A stretch of DNA of 63,881 nucleotides, filler included, from Intoshia linei (lineage: Eukaryota; Animalia; Orthonectida), in NCBI GenBank assembly GCA_001642005.1. It is 4 parts of 4 records of this genome, joined end to end, with 100 filler letters (N's around TTAATTAATTAA, not from the genome) between each part and the next. Parts side by side here need not be neighbours in the genome. Positions count along the whole stretch, not along the records: positions 1 to 16,222 come from LWCA01000878.1; 3 more parts are not named here. One strand, 5' to 3'. The position numbers and the translations under genes are program-made. Positions 1 through 13,638 of this stretch are shown here, one piece after another; within the stretch, counting starts at the first letter, position 1; every line of letters begins with the position of its first letter. The notes under the pieces are model-generated. The model ran no database searches and was not told the origin of the DNA. It was given only the letters and a program-made list of their open reading frames with translations.

Positions 1-105
1 CCTAGTCTTTCTATAAATACATGCAAATTGGATAACGGTATTAATCCGAAACTCTTAAAAGATTTATTAGACAAAGTGCATGAAAAGTTTGGTCAAATTT
101 TGTAA
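1..105 (+). CDS. 3' end of a possible MOZART1/MZT1-like protein (partial, runs off window)
   Basis: Frame 1 reads PSLSINTCKLDNGINPKLLKDLLDKVHEKFGQIL*. The SLSI-x7-GINP spacing matches the recalled MZT1 motif TLSICVRLCEQGINP. Short match only. Confidence 0.4.
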   Translation, partial: PSLSINTCKLDNGINPKLLKDLLDKVHEKFGQIL

Positions 106-654
106 TTGACGAACTTGAAGGTATCATACGGGCTAATAGTTTATCTTAATGTACCTATTTCTTTATTATTTTTTTTGTTTGTTTGATGTTTCTTTATTAT
201 CTACAATCTACAGAAAATATCCTCAATCTTAAAGAGGGAGGTGTAGTATCTTAGGATACTATATTTTGATAACTAAACTTGATTCTTATATTATCCCTCC
301 TATTTACGTTTTAATTTGTATTTATTTTGATTAAAACTTACAAGTATTTACTACACTATCATAATTTATTTATCTTTCATATTTTTGTAAATGAGAGCCT
401 CATATTTCCAAATTTAGCATTAAAAAATTATATTATTTTGTTTCAATTAACCCTTGACACTTTGATTGTTTTATTACATGAAATTATACAAACAAGGGGT
501 GGCACCAGATATACTGAATACAACTGGATGCTGGTACTTTATGAATATATTGATTTTTTTTATTTTAACATTATATTGACAGTAATAATGCAACGGAAAT
601 ATTTTTACATTCTGTATTACAATTTTAAATGTTCTTCTTCACTCAATATATAAA

Positions 655-980
655 CTACATGTATTCCCGATAAAATACAGGATGAAGTAATAGATTTAAT
701 AAATGATTCCACTGCACGTAATATTTTCTATGAAAAACCACAAGTACTTTTTTATATGATATGATTGATTTATATCCTAATGTATTTACGATTGCTTTGA
801 GATTGCTACTATCTTTTCCGTCAACTTATCTGTGTGAAGCATGGTTTTATACGTTTGTTCATATAAAAACAAAGTCATAAACAGATTGAATGTTAAGCAT
901 GATATAAGGCTGGCCTTATCGCATACACTGCACAGGATATCAATAATTGTAGCTAAAATCCAACCTCAAATTTCACATGA
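655..980 (+). pseudogene. hAT (Buster/Charlie, ZBED8/SCAND3-like) transposase C-terminal dimerisation-domain relic
   Basis: Broken frames encode LLSFPSTYLCEAWF..HIKTK and NRLNVKHDIRLALSH..KIQPQISH, typical of the hATC end; contains stops and frameshifts. Confidence 0.8.
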
Positions 981-1082
981 AGAAAATAAATTTAATTATA
1001 ATCATACATTGTACTGAGCAGTGCTCAATGAACACAGTATAAAATATAAATAAAACTGAAGATGCTTTTTTAGTAATTTTAT

Positions 1083-2030
1083 GTATGTGAATTGATAGAT
1101 AAATATGTTAATATGTTTGGAGCACATAGAAAACTTTCGGTCCGAAAATTAAAAAAAAAAATTTTTCTGATAGAGCTTATTCCAATTAATATAAATTCAA
1201 AATTTCCACCCCAGAAATCTACGCATTCCTGGTGAAAAATAATTTTTAAAATATAAACCAATATTGATCATACAATTTCAAAAAATATTTTGCATTGAAC
1301 GTCTACACATTTTCAATAAAGAAATATGGGTGAAAATCTATATTCATTATATATATCTATAATTGATTCCTTCTCAATTTTTCAATCTCAAATTCTCATT
1401 TTCAAAATATTTTGTTTAAAATTTAAATTAAAACTACAACAACGAATTACTAAAAGTAATAACTTAGTTATCATTTTTATTACAATACTTTGCAATATTG
1501 GTAAAATTTACCTGATATATGTTTATAAAGTGCTGATTTCGTTAATTGTTGATACATAATTGGTATTTTTAAGTATTTATTAAATTGTTACTGAATATAT
1601 GTCATCAGTGATGTGATGACTCATCACATTGAAAATGACAAAATAGGTTTTTATTATTTTATTTTTTCTGGAATTTATGTTATTTATGACAATTTTTAGG
1701 ATTGAACTGTTTTTATTTTATTTTTAATATTATAATCATATTCTGTCTAATAAATTAAAAAAATATGATAACAATTGTTCTTAACATTCTTTATGCAAAT
1801 GGTAATAAAACAAATTAAAATGGAATAACTCACTTTAAAGTAAAAAATAATGTGATATGACGGTTTCACCTGAAACAAGTTTGGGAACCACTCCTTTAAA
1901 CAATTGATAATAGTAAATAGTAGGATTTTTAAGTTAGATTTTCAACGTGAATTTATTTTTTTGTATAATAAAAATGTGTCCTCGGCAGAGCTAGGTGCTT
2001 TTTGTAAGTATTACATAACAGTCAATCTAG
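1083..2030 (+). mobile_element. Helitron-like family fragments with a 3' terminus (..CTAG|T at 2027-2031)
   Basis: 1135-1320 matches 6738-6955 and 55510-55600; 1735-1890 is the reverse complement of 32095-32265; ends gcagagctaggtg..acataacagtcaatCTAG|T. Confidence 0.65.
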
Positions 2031-2099
2031 TTATAATTATAAAATGTATATATTATTATAATCAACACTTTTTTCACAGTGTAACTATAAATTAACACA

Positions 2100-2727
2100 A
2101 ATTTCACAGCGTAATTTAATTAAATTTAATTCAATATCTTTTAAAAACTTTCTTTGTTTTGTTAGTAGGTGGGTTAATAAGCTAAGCTCCTTTTGACTGC
2201 AATTGAGGTTGATGGGGCATTTCGTAAATAGCTGTATAAAGTTGGAGGTTTCGATTGATCAACGTTAATTATAATAGTGGTAATCTCGTTCCTGAAATTT
2301 GGTTTCTTCGGTCATATCAATTAAAGATTGATAGCCACTTAATTCAATTAATTCATGATGCAAATTTGAATTTGACAATGCTTTCTTTGCTCTTTGCAGA
2401 ATAACCCCCTCACCATCGATACCATCAACTATATCTTTAACATTTTTTAAATTATGCATATAATAGACACTAGCTTTAAGCCAGCTACCCATTTATTTAT
2501 AATGGGTCGAAGTGAGTATCCAATATTATGGAATAACCGTCGAATGTCTTTATTTTTTAAAGTAAGAAATTTGATCCTCGTGACTAATTCATCAACAAGT
2601 ACGTATTTTTGTTTCAACCGTTTGCAGCAATTGTGGGCTAAATGACTTATACAAGTAACGTGAAACATATTTAGATACATCAATTTTAAGTGAGAGGTTA
2701 CAGAGGTATTATATCTAAAAAAACATA
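2100..2727 (-). pseudogene. hAT-type transposase relic (CxxH region)
   Basis: Frameshifted ORFs 2447-2788 and 2265-2492 join to FHVTCISHLAHNC..PIINKW/GSWLKASVYY, resembling the hAT CxxH and TRWxSW motifs; the 5' side is interrupted by the Tc1 element. Confidence 0.65.
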
Positions 2728-2729
2728 TA

Positions 2730-3345
2730 CAGTGCCGGTAAAAAGTCTTGGACTCAAACAGAATGATATATTTTATTAGATAGCACAAAAACTAATCATG
2801 TTTTATAAAATTTTAAAAATACCAATATAAGATGAATAAATGCAATAATTGATAATAATACTTAATTGCGAAATATAATAACCATTATTAATTGTCTTAA
2901 ATTTCAATTAAAGAATTATTACCAATACACCAATACACAAAAGTGTTGGACCCCCTGAATTATATTAATTTTTTGGAGATTACAATTATTTTTGAAAGCT
3001 TGATGAAAATTAATTGTATAATATTTAGTATATAGTTCTTTTAAAGTGACAATAGACATGATTATTCTTGAAATACTCTTGTACAGGTTATGTATATAAG
3101 AGTGTGGTATTTTATTCCATTCATCTAATTATTAGATTTTAATGCGACAATCGATAAGTCTTCGACATTGCTTGGTAGTCAAATTTTAATATGTCCCACA
3201 TATTTTTTATGATATTTATATCAGAACTCTGTGGAGACCAGTTTTCTAAGAGTTTCATCCTTCTTGAACTTAAATATTCCATACTTTTCAAATACTAATG
3301 GCAAGGTGCATTATCCTGCTGAAAAAGATACCTTCTTAAAAAAAA
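2730..3345 (-). mobile_element. Tc1/mariner relic (one TIR plus DDE C-terminus)
   Basis: TA|CAGTGCCGGTAAAAAGTCTTGGA terminus; minus strand encodes QDNAPCH, WSPQSSDINIIKNMW (cf. WPPQSPDLNPIENLW) and EWNKIP with disruptions. Confidence 0.8.
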
Positions 3346-3544
3346 TTTTGACGATACGGTAGACAGATTTCTTATATATTCGTTGAAATTTAAGTATAAT
3401 TTTATTGAATTTTCTAGGGTGTGCGGCGCACAGCTTGCACACTATGACGCTACGCCACTGGTAAAAATAGATATTTGTAACTAGAAAAAGTATACAAAGT
3501 TGACAGTGTCCACTGGACATCCTAATATACACATGAAGCAAATA

Positions 3545-3720
3545 CAGTCAGATCTCTCAATACCGCAATTTTGGTATTTCGATATGTATGGCGGTATTGA
3601 TAGTTTGTTATTATTGAGAGTGTAACGTTGTAGTGAATTTATCATGGATACGGTTATGTATTAATAAACAGTCATATAGTAAAATAATAAATATAATGAC
3701 AGTATTGAGAGGTCTAATTG
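3545..3720. mobile_element. Short MITE with CAGT-type TIR (pogo/Tigger-like)
   Basis: TA|cagtcagatctctcaatac ... gtattgagaggtctaattg is an imperfect inverted repeat, with internal palindrome caataccgc..gcggtattg. Confidence 0.55.
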
Positions 3721-3879
3721 TGTTATGAACAACATTTTAACATTTGATGTGCCTTTCTCAACCTTTCAGATTCGAGTTATATACAAAACTTTTTGTAAAA
3801 ATTTGAGAATGTCCAAGGGTGTTCCAAAATTTACTGATGTCACAAAATTATTAAAAATAATTATATATTTGTCTAGAAA

Positions 3880-4927
3880 CAAATTGGGAACCTCAAAAAC
3901 GATATATTATGTTTTTTCCAATTTTTATCATTTAAAATGTGTATGTATAAATATGAAATGCTAATCAGTGGTGCCTATTATTCTCAATATAAAATGATAT
4001 ACGAAACGAATAATTATGCTTATTGATATTATCATGTATTTGATTTTCATACAATTTTATTAATTACTGATCCTCGTGAATGTCACATTGAATTTTCGTA
4101 TAATAATGGAGACACATTTTCATACTTAGCCTTTACTAACAATATGTGTATTTTCAGATTCAAATCCTTTCATGATTTGGGACTTTCCACGTTTTGTTTA
4201 TGCAAATCAAAAAGATGTAATTCTGTTTATACAAATATATACGCAAATTACGATGAAGGGAATTGGTTCAAAGCAGTTACTGAAGAAACAATTAATACAT
4301 TATCTCTAAAACTGGACACTTTTTTAAGTTATACTATTTTTTGTGCTTATACTAACAAACGACTGCACTTGTCTCTTGATGCTATGAGAACATTTCATAC
4401 ATTTAACGATGAGGTGTTTGTGAATCAAATTCATCAATTACAATATTTGAAAAAATATACAGTGTTTGATGGCAACGAAAATTTCCAGTTTTATATTTTA
4501 TGTTGAAAATGTTGAGAATTGTAACATTAAAATTACAGATTATGAAATTAGTCCCGTAAGCGGCTTAAAACTATATGCAAATCGAAAAAGGAAAATCCTT
4601 TGTATAGTTGACGACAAGCATTTAAAAATTGAAAGAAACTTAAAAAAGCAATGTTTAGGTTTAGATTACATTTGTGCACTAAATTACAATAGAACTGTGG
4701 ACAATACTTGTGTTAGTGACGACATTTCTAATCAAATAAATGCCTGTTTTAATGGTAAAATGCAAAAACTTGATCCTGCAGGATATACACCAATATTTAA
4801 ACAAGGTTATTATGACACATATTGCTGGCCAAAATACTTTAATAGTGCATCAAATGTTTCATGTCATGATATTCAAAAGATAAATGACTTATTCAAAGTA
4901 CAAAATTCAAATTCTTGCTCTTTATAA
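3880..4927 (+). pseudogene. Decayed Cys-rich gene with two Asp-box-like motifs
   Basis: The frame of ORF 4144-4506 extends upstream through an in-frame TGA near 4024 (SYNNGDTF, NYDEGNWF) and shifts into ORF 4466-4927; AATAAA follows the stop. Confidence 0.35.
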
Positions 4928-5539
4928 TTTATGAATAAAATATTAATTAACATTTAAATGTAAATTTGTCTTATTTATGTACAAATGACTACTTTATTTA
5001 AACACTAAATAAATTTGAAAAATGTGTTTGAAACTCGATATTTTATATTTACTTGGATAAATTAGTAATAATTCAAATTACAGTCGATTCTCTTTAATTT
5101 AATAATAATAATGAACTGTTTGATTTTCTAATTTTAAAATTAAATTACACTAATAGACAATTTCCAACTTTTTGTTGTGCACCCAGACAAAATTAATATC
5201 ATATGAAAAATAATTTTGAGATTTTAAGAACGAGATATATCATTACAAAAATCTAAAGACAGTTTTAGAATAAATCGATAAAACGTAAATGGTTATTACT
5301 AAAACTTTGATTCACTATTTCAGCACTTTATAATTATTTTTTTTGATGCAAATCTTATAATAAATACTAAATTAACTATTGTATCGGACCAATTCATCAA
5401 AAGGTACATATTTTATAATGAATCTTTAGAAAAATCTAATAAAATAATGAAAATAAAATAATTTCTTAATTATTAATTATTTATAAAAAAGGAGAAATTG
5501 GGTTTATGACCCTGAAGGACTCTTCGTTATATATTAATA

Positions 5540-6960
5540 CTAGCTTTACTGTTATGTACTTCGTACAGACAGCATCCAAGCTATGCCAAGGGCGCACTTT
5601 TTTAATTCTACTAAAAAAATAAATTCAATAAAATCTTGGTTAAAAATGTTATCACTCACTATTATCAATCTTTTAAATGAGTGGTTCCTAAATTTTAATT
5701 TTACATTACCCCTTCATTTATAGTGAATAACTCCCGCTTAAGTTTATTTAGTTAGCATTTGTGTAAAAACTTTCAAAAACAATGTTGTAATCCCATATAT
5801 TTAATTTATTAGAGAGAATGAGTGTATAATTCTAAAAATAAAGTCAAAACAGTACAATCATAAACATTTTCATAAATGGCTTAAATTCCAAAAAAAATAA
5901 AATTGTAAATGAACCTGTTTTTTTAAAGTGACGGTATATATTTAGTATTTGATTTTGATGAGTAAAAAATATCAATTTTGTATCAATAATTATAATTTTA
6001 AAAACTATCCCATAATTTAAGTTTAAAAAAAATTTTAGAACATGTTTCATTTTTAAAACAAAGTGTAATTTGTGGTTTTGACCATGAGGGTATGCCTATC
6101 TGAGGCTAAGATTAACGACGATGTTAATGATTTTCAAAAACGTCCCATAATGTGTGTTTACAGGGTTGTGCACTGATATAAACACTATTATGCATCTATG
6201 TAAATACTATTGTATAATATTTATACTACTATATAATATATATTATTATTAAATATAAATTAATATATATAATATCCTAACTTATATAATATGCTATGCT
6301 ATTTTTGTTTGTAACTGTGTGTGTGACTTTATTGAAATTACAGTTTTTTCCGGGACGTATAATAAAATAAATTTAAATCTCCCAATTTAACATCTTACGG
6401 GTCAAAAACCCCTTTTGTCCCTCTTTTTGAAAATTAAACGAATTGTAGAATTTAAAAAAATATATACGCTAATGCGGATTTTAAAATCATAAACATTATC
6501 ATAAATTTAAAAAAATACCTTTATGGCCAAAACCACAAATTCTCTTCCTTTTTTTTTGAAAATTCTAGAAAGTCCTAGAATTTCAAAAAATTTACAGGTT
6601 GTATAGTTCTATCCTGTTAACACACACAGAAAATTTCAATCCGAATAAGTGACGACTAAAAGGTTAAAAAAGCATTTTAGTATTCATATATTTTTTTTCG
6701 AAATATTTCATCAAAACAAAAAATGTGAAATAATTAATGGTCCGAAAATTAAAAAAAAAAATTATTCTGACAGAGCTTATTCCAGTTGATATAAATACAA
6801 AATTTCAACCCCATAAATCTACGCATTCCCAGTGAAAAATAATTTTTAATATATTATCAACCAATATTTTTTAAATATTTCGATTAAAATTGAAAATATT
6901 GATCCTACAATTTCAAAAAAAATGTGCATTGTACGTCTACACATTTCCAATTAAATAATT
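5540..6960. mobile_element. Cluster of Helitron-like family copies in both orientations
   Basis: Minus-strand 3' end at 5540 (actag..tgttatgtacttcgtaca); 5' end A|TCCTAACTTATATAA plus (GT)n at about 6275; internal modules shared with 8400-9070, 13900-14350 and 54903-55703. Confidence 0.65.
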
Positions 6961-7126
6961 CAATTTCAGTATAAAATAAAAAAGATTTAATTGTCAATAA
7001 ATGTGAAAATTTAACAAGACATAAAAAGTGAATTAAAATATGATGCAATAGTTTGACACTTGTTCATCAACTTTGAAAACTATACAAATATATCAATAAT
7101 AAAAGCAATAAATAGAATATTACCAA

Positions 7127-7636
7127 TCACAATTCTGGTTTGATTATACTACCGAGAGGAACGAAATATGGCATCGCTTTTCTGTGTTTAAAGGTATCAG
7201 TATACCAACCGCTAGCACAATTATCTTCAAGTATTCTTTTATCCAATATAGCCTGTTCTGCATCACAGACATTTTGAAACGTTATAAATGCCAAATTGTT
7301 ATTCATGCAGTAGAGTTGACTTAATTTTAACAGTTTTATATATACTATTTTTCCATATACTTTGTAGGTTTCATATAGCAGTCTTACACAAATTTTGTTT
7401 GGTAAACCGCAAATATAAAAGGTGTTTTGCTCTTTAATGTTTAAACCGTCCATCAATTTTTGCATTCTGTTAAAAAATATAATCATAAAAAATCATTATA
7501 AATAATATATAGAAAAATTTACTTTCTGAATTTTAGTGTTAAAAGTTTTTTTAAATGCTTTTGAATCGATAAAATAAATGATTTATAATAATAAAAATTT
7601 ACTGTTATATTTTAAAACGAGTTTATCTCGTTTCAT
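7127..7636 (-). CDS. Small single-RRM RNA-binding protein (3 exons)
   Basis: RNP2-like FYICGLP and RNP1-like NLAFITF..DAEQAI; upstream mini-exons from ATG 7636 joined by short GT-AG introns. Confidence 0.65.
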
Positions 7637-7994
7637 TGTGCAATTTTAATTGAAATTTTTAATAAAGTAATCTGCTATAAAGAAATACAATTAAATTACG
7701 ACAAAACAAGAATTCATTCAATTTTTCGTCAAGTTTACGATTAATAATTTCTTTTAATAATTAGATTAATATGGTATAAAATTTGTACTACAAATGTAAA
7801 TTAAAGGTATTCATAACACAAGAGATTAAATATTGTGTTATTGAATTTACAATGTTTTTAATGTACAGAATGTACTACAAAATTAACGAAGTAATACCAT
7901 AACATTTATTTGTTTTGATTTAGAATAATTTCAATTTTTATCAAACGCTTTACACTCAATAATTTAAAAGAATGTAAATTTAATAATTTTATAA

Positions 7995-9572
7995 ATGTCT
8001 AATCAGTTGTACTATAGACCGGAGAGTGCAAAAGTATTTTTTATTTATTTATACTATATTCCTTAAATTTGACAATTTATTAATGTATTAGTTAATTGAT
8101 GGCAAACAAAATCAAGAAGAAGAAAAACCCAAATCAAACCGAGAATTATTACCCAACTTTACCTTTCCAGAAGAGGATAAAATTGAATCTAGAGATAAGA
8201 ATAGGCATGGTCTTGCTTATGTAGTAGATGATAATACTCACTATAATATAATAACAACAAAGTATAGTAATATAAAAATTAGAATCTTTGATGTTTATTA
8301 TTATTAATAACAAATATTTATTAATGAATAAATACTAAAACAACTATTTCTGACACTGAAAATCAGATTTTTGTATTTCAAATATTTAATTTCACGTATG
8401 TATTTGTTCTTGGAAACTGTAGTTTAATGAATCAAAATTTAAATATTTAAATATTCATTTTTTAATTCAAAAATTTGATTAATATTGGTTGATAATATAT
8501 TAAACGTTATTTTCACTAGGAATGCGCAGATTTCTGAATTTTAAATGTTGCACCTAGTTTAACTGGAATAAACTGCATGGGAATAATATTTTGTTTTTAA
8601 TATATGACTTAGTTATTGAATATTTTTTTTTACCAAAATAGTTACCAAATAAAAACAAGAATAACCCAGTGCTTTTTTGACAGTGAAAGCATTACTTTGT
8701 GAAATTAAAAATTTTTGTGTGCGTTAACTGGATATAACTGAATGAGATGTTATTTTTTTAAAATTCTAGGACTATTTTCATTTTAAAAAAGAGGGTATTT
8801 AGGGTTTTGACCATGAAGATATTAGTTTCTAAAGCTGAGATTTACGACAATATTAATGATTTTAAAGCATGTACCATTGATTATGTTTTTTTAAATTCCA
8901 GGGCTAAGTTTATTTTTAAAAAAAAGTGGAAAATGGGTTTGTAACCCTGAAAAACTCTATTTCTGTAAATTAAACTTACATTAAAACATTACTCTCAAAA
9001 AACTGTGTTAGAAAACGTGTTTATTTAAATTCTGAGGTTGTTAATTTTTTAAATAAACGGTAACATACAGACATTCAATTTGATATGGTCTTATATTATT
9101 CCGGTACACCACTCTTTGTATCGTTCTTTACTCTTTCACTGTTTATTTATCAATATTAATCAATGTAAATATTAATTCAGGAGTGTTTTACTAAGTCTTT
9201 TTTGTCTTATACATCGATGTGTTTTTCCTTGATAACGGTAAAAGACATTATTTAAATTATCAGTGTTAATTTTAATTTAGCAATGGTACATTTACAATGG
9301 AACAAGTATTAAACGATAATGCCAATTTGCGATCAGAATTATATCAATTAAAATTAGCAAATGATACCATGAGAAGGCACATTGAAAATGAAGATGATTA
9401 TACTCGAATTATTAGTGATGCCACCATTTTCGATGGATTATCTAGAGCTGAATTAACTTCCAATTATGGTTTATATATTACAATCATTATATGTGATATT
9501 TACATTAATTGTGTATTACATGAGTGTTATTCTGGAATGATACCTGTAGGGTCAAATTCTTTGACCCAGTGA
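7995..9572 (+). CDS. Hypothetical spliced protein with a short coiled coil
   Basis: Exons about 7995-8033, 8092-8261 and 9281-9572 join in frame via GT-AG introns; the second intron contains a Helitron-family module. Confidence 0.45.
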
Positions 9573-11704
9573 TACAAAATAATAAAAATTCAATAAACCT
9601 TATTTTTGAAGAAGATTAGTTTTTAATATCTTTTTAACTGTTAACATAACATTTTGTAAAACAATATACAAGTTATTGTAATACATTTGTACTTGCTGTC
9701 TTTTTAGGTTAATAATAAGTTAATAATTAAATAAATAACACAAAAGAAAATACGCAAAGTAAAGCTCAAACATAATGATTAACGTGTAACCCATACAATA
9801 ATCAGATAGACTCGAAATAAAAAATGGGCGATAAATGTAAGAATAAAATGTTTCATTAAAATTAATGAAAGAACTATCTTTTTTAGAACAATAAGCAGAT
9901 ATTTAGGTAAGATTTAGGCGACGGGTCGTTGTGTTGTAGCCAATGATATAAATAACTCAAGGATAATAGAAATTCGATATACACGTAAGTGTGCATCGAG
10001 ATATTTATTATATATTCTGTGAGATTTTATAGTATGTTGAATCTTATTTATGATAACTAAAGGCGTTACCAGCAAAATTAAAAAATTATTTTTATTTTTG
10101 TAAAATACTTAATTGTAGAGTTGCTACATGTTGGGATTTTATCCCAAAACCTAGACGACCGCTAAATTATTATTTTAAAATCCCACTTTTATCTCATATT
10201 AATAAAATTTAATAATATTTAATAAAAAATACCATTTCTAGCTTTTTATGTAAAAATTCCCTTATTACAGATTACAACAAACTGTTAAAAAAATCCTGGG
10301 GCATCGCCTCTAAAGTTTTGAACAATATATCGCTCACAATAACTAATATAAGACAATTTTTTATACACATAGCTATAAAGATGCGCAAAATTATCGTCTA
10401 GCGAATCATAAACGCCGAATTGATAAAAAAACCGATTCCAATGAGAAAACTGAATAAATAAAAAAAATATAAATTGAAAATTAATTGTTATGGAAATAAT
10501 TATTACTATGAAATTTACTATACAAAATAAATTGAATTTTGCTCATTATTCATATTTTGAAGTGCTTTGCCACAGGGTTTTTTTAATCCTTTTTATATAA
10601 TTTTTTGATAAATTGTGTATCGTTCAACCCCATCTTCCACGTATGGGGTGGCACTTTTGTATTTTTGCGAAAAAGTGAAAAAATTCACTCCCCTAGTGTT
10701 CAACTTAGTTTTTTATGTTTAAAAATTTGATGAATGTTTAGTTTTCGTTCGCAAAACATAAACATAATGTGCAATATTGGACAAAAATAAAAAAATATTG
10801 GAAAAAGGAGATTTCTCAATATAAGCTTGAAATTGTATTTTTTATTAAACTTTTTTAATAGTGGGATTTTCAAAATAATAATAATAACAGTCGTCTAAGC
10901 TTTGGGGTAAATTCCCAAAGTCTGACAACTTTGTAATAAATATTAAAAATTCTCCTATAAGAAATTAAAAAAAGATGATCAACATTTTTCTATATTTTAT
11001 TTGAATCTCACGCACCCCAGGAATATAATTTTGGACTCCCAATCAAGAACCTCTTTTTTAATGTAAGTAAAACTTGAAATGTTTCTGATTTTCGATGGAA
11101 ATAGGAAATAAATTATATTATTTACAATAAATAACTGTCATTTAGAGTAAGATAATATCCTAATTTTATAAGAAACTACATTTAACTTATAATTAATATA
11201 GAAAGATAATAACGCGCAGTGTTAGAATTGTAATGTTCTATTTGACTTTTTAACAAAAATGATTTTTTTGATGAAAAATGTTGTAAATCATTTTTACATT
11301 TTACCAAAAAAATTAAGCGTGAAAATGTATTATTTTATGATATAACGAACATTTACTGGTTCAATTACTAAATCTCGACTAGTTGATCAATTAAATTAGA
11401 GCGATAATAAAAAAAAATACTTAATATTTCTAAAAAATTACCTCATTTAAAAAATTGTAAAATTCATCATCATTTTTGTTGATATTTTTCCACAAATGAT
11501 TATTTCGCATAAAAGATGTATGATAAAAATATAAACGTCTGAAAAACGAAGCAAAATACAATAAAAAATTTATGGAAATGTGTCTATAGAATTATAACAA
11601 CAAAATAATTATCATAGAAACTTGATATTCAAATTGTTTTGATAATAAAAAATTGATACATAATTACTTACATTACACTTTAAAATAAATAAAAATTAAT
11701 TTTA

Positions 11705-13059
11705 ATGGCTGAAATAGACACATTAAGTCGTAAATATGAGAAAGAGTTAAAAAAGTCATCCACAAACATTGAAAAAATTGGAACCAACTTTAAAGAACTC
11801 ACTGGTACAAAGTATATAAATTACAAGTAAGATGTTATTTTTTACTTGAATAGCATTATATTAGACGACGAAATTTTTCTAATCGTAGCTACGAAGATAA
11901 ATCCAGAAATTATGGTCCTAAAACGATGCGTCTTGATGGAGCATTTCAACAAAATAAAAGTTGGGATAATCAACGTAAAATGCGGTCTATATCGCGATCA
12001 AAAAAGCAATCTCCGTAAAATCTCTCATAAAATGAAATTATTCAATTTTTAGAAACCCTCAAACTGAAAGAAATGTCAATGATCGATACGAAGATGAAGA
12101 AAAACCCAGGTAAATTTCATTTAAATGTTGATTTATGTTTATTAGACCACGCAAAATTCCAGATAAATATGAACCTGAATCACAACTTATTCCTCGAGAT
12201 AAAATGGAAAATCTTAGCCGCTCCAGACAGGCTCATATTGAAAAAACAGTTTCTAAAATAGACAAAAAAACATTAGATGGGTTTTATTAACAATTTTTTT
12301 ATTTTAATTTCACTTTTAGTCAAAAACGTCGATTTGGTAGCATGTTTAAAAATTTGACCATATTTAAAACAAAACATGATAAAACTGATTCAATTGTAAT
12401 TTTATTTGTTTATCTTTATTTAGTGGTTTTTTAGGTTAAAAAACAAAAAACTATTATAGATAGAGTGACGAAAATCGCGGAAGAAGAAAAATGTGTTATG
12501 AACGCCAAAAGATTTGAATTGATGGATAATATCAAAAATGAAAAAAAACGTGCATATGATGCAAAAAGAAAGCTATTCTTATTGAATAACGTAAATGTGT
12601 TATTTTTGAATTTAATATATTTTTTAGTTTAAAGAATCTCGAAATTTACTTGAACCTCTAAAGAAATTTATCCGAACAAATTCCACTCCATGTATTTTTT
12701 ATAAACCTGTTGAAATGTGTGAAAAAGATGTCATTAAATCAAATAATACGTGTCAATATGTTGATGGTAAATCCATGTTTATTACAAATTTTATTTGGAT
12801 TTTAGATTTAATTTCCAAAAAACGTAAAGAATTTTATAATTTAATTGACGACAATGGAAAGACAAAAGATTCTGATAATGTCCAACAAAGAAACGCAAAT
12901 TTGAAATCAAATGATAGTACAGATTCTGTTTGTTCTACATCAGAAAGTAGTCATGATTTGAACGGAAAAGACGAATATAATTTAGATTGTAAATCCGATA
13001 AATCAAGCCCCAAATTGAATGATAAGCCCCTTGATAAATGCGATGATGTAGTTGTTTAA
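11705..13059 (+). CDS. PNN: Pinin (SDK/memA), multi-exon
   Basis: N-terminal KELKKSSTNIEKIGTNFKELTG, central QKRRFGSMFKNLTIFK and KFIRTNSTPCIFYKPVEMC match recalled pinin motifs; introns about 40 nt. Confidence 0.8.
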
Positions 13060-13638
13060 ATTTTTTTGTATTTAATACATATTTATAAGTACATTCACTT
13101 AAATAAAAATTCTAAGGAATAAAAAGCGTAAATATACATTATTATTATTTTTGAATAAGGTTTCTAGTTTAAACTTTCTAAGCCGATTTATTAGAATTAT
13201 CAATGTTTTGAGTAAAATAATTGATATTAATTGAATTAAAAATAAAAAATTGATTTCCGTGTACAGCAGACATTTTAAAATATTTGCCGTGATGTGAACC
13301 CTATCGTAAAATAAAGTAAAATGCGTATACAGTACAGATCGATTTAAAACACCTTTTTCGATGGCAAAACAGGTCAAACTTCTGTAGAAAATGAGAGATA
13401 AATCGATTCCTCGATGAAAACTAACCATTTAGTCATATCGTTGGTATATAACAGTGATGGCAAACGGTGTGTTTTCGTGTTAAAAATACACACTTGACGT
13501 ATTTTTTAACACACTTGACAAAATCTACGACTTACAATTAGAAACAAAACATTGTACCTAGGAATTTATATAGTAAAATAAAGTTGTGGCGCGATTTATT
13601 TATATTTTAATTTATACAATTTCTTCTTAATTTTTAAA

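Noticed and set aside
241-251. GTGTAGTATCT, as in the U2 snRNA branch-pairing region
   Set aside because: The flanks lack the U2 5' sequence and stem IIa; chance match.
327-653. This and similar F/I/L/Y/K-rich ORFs of 60-110 aa across the window
   Set aside because: Composition expected from random AT-rich DNA or repeats; no motifs.
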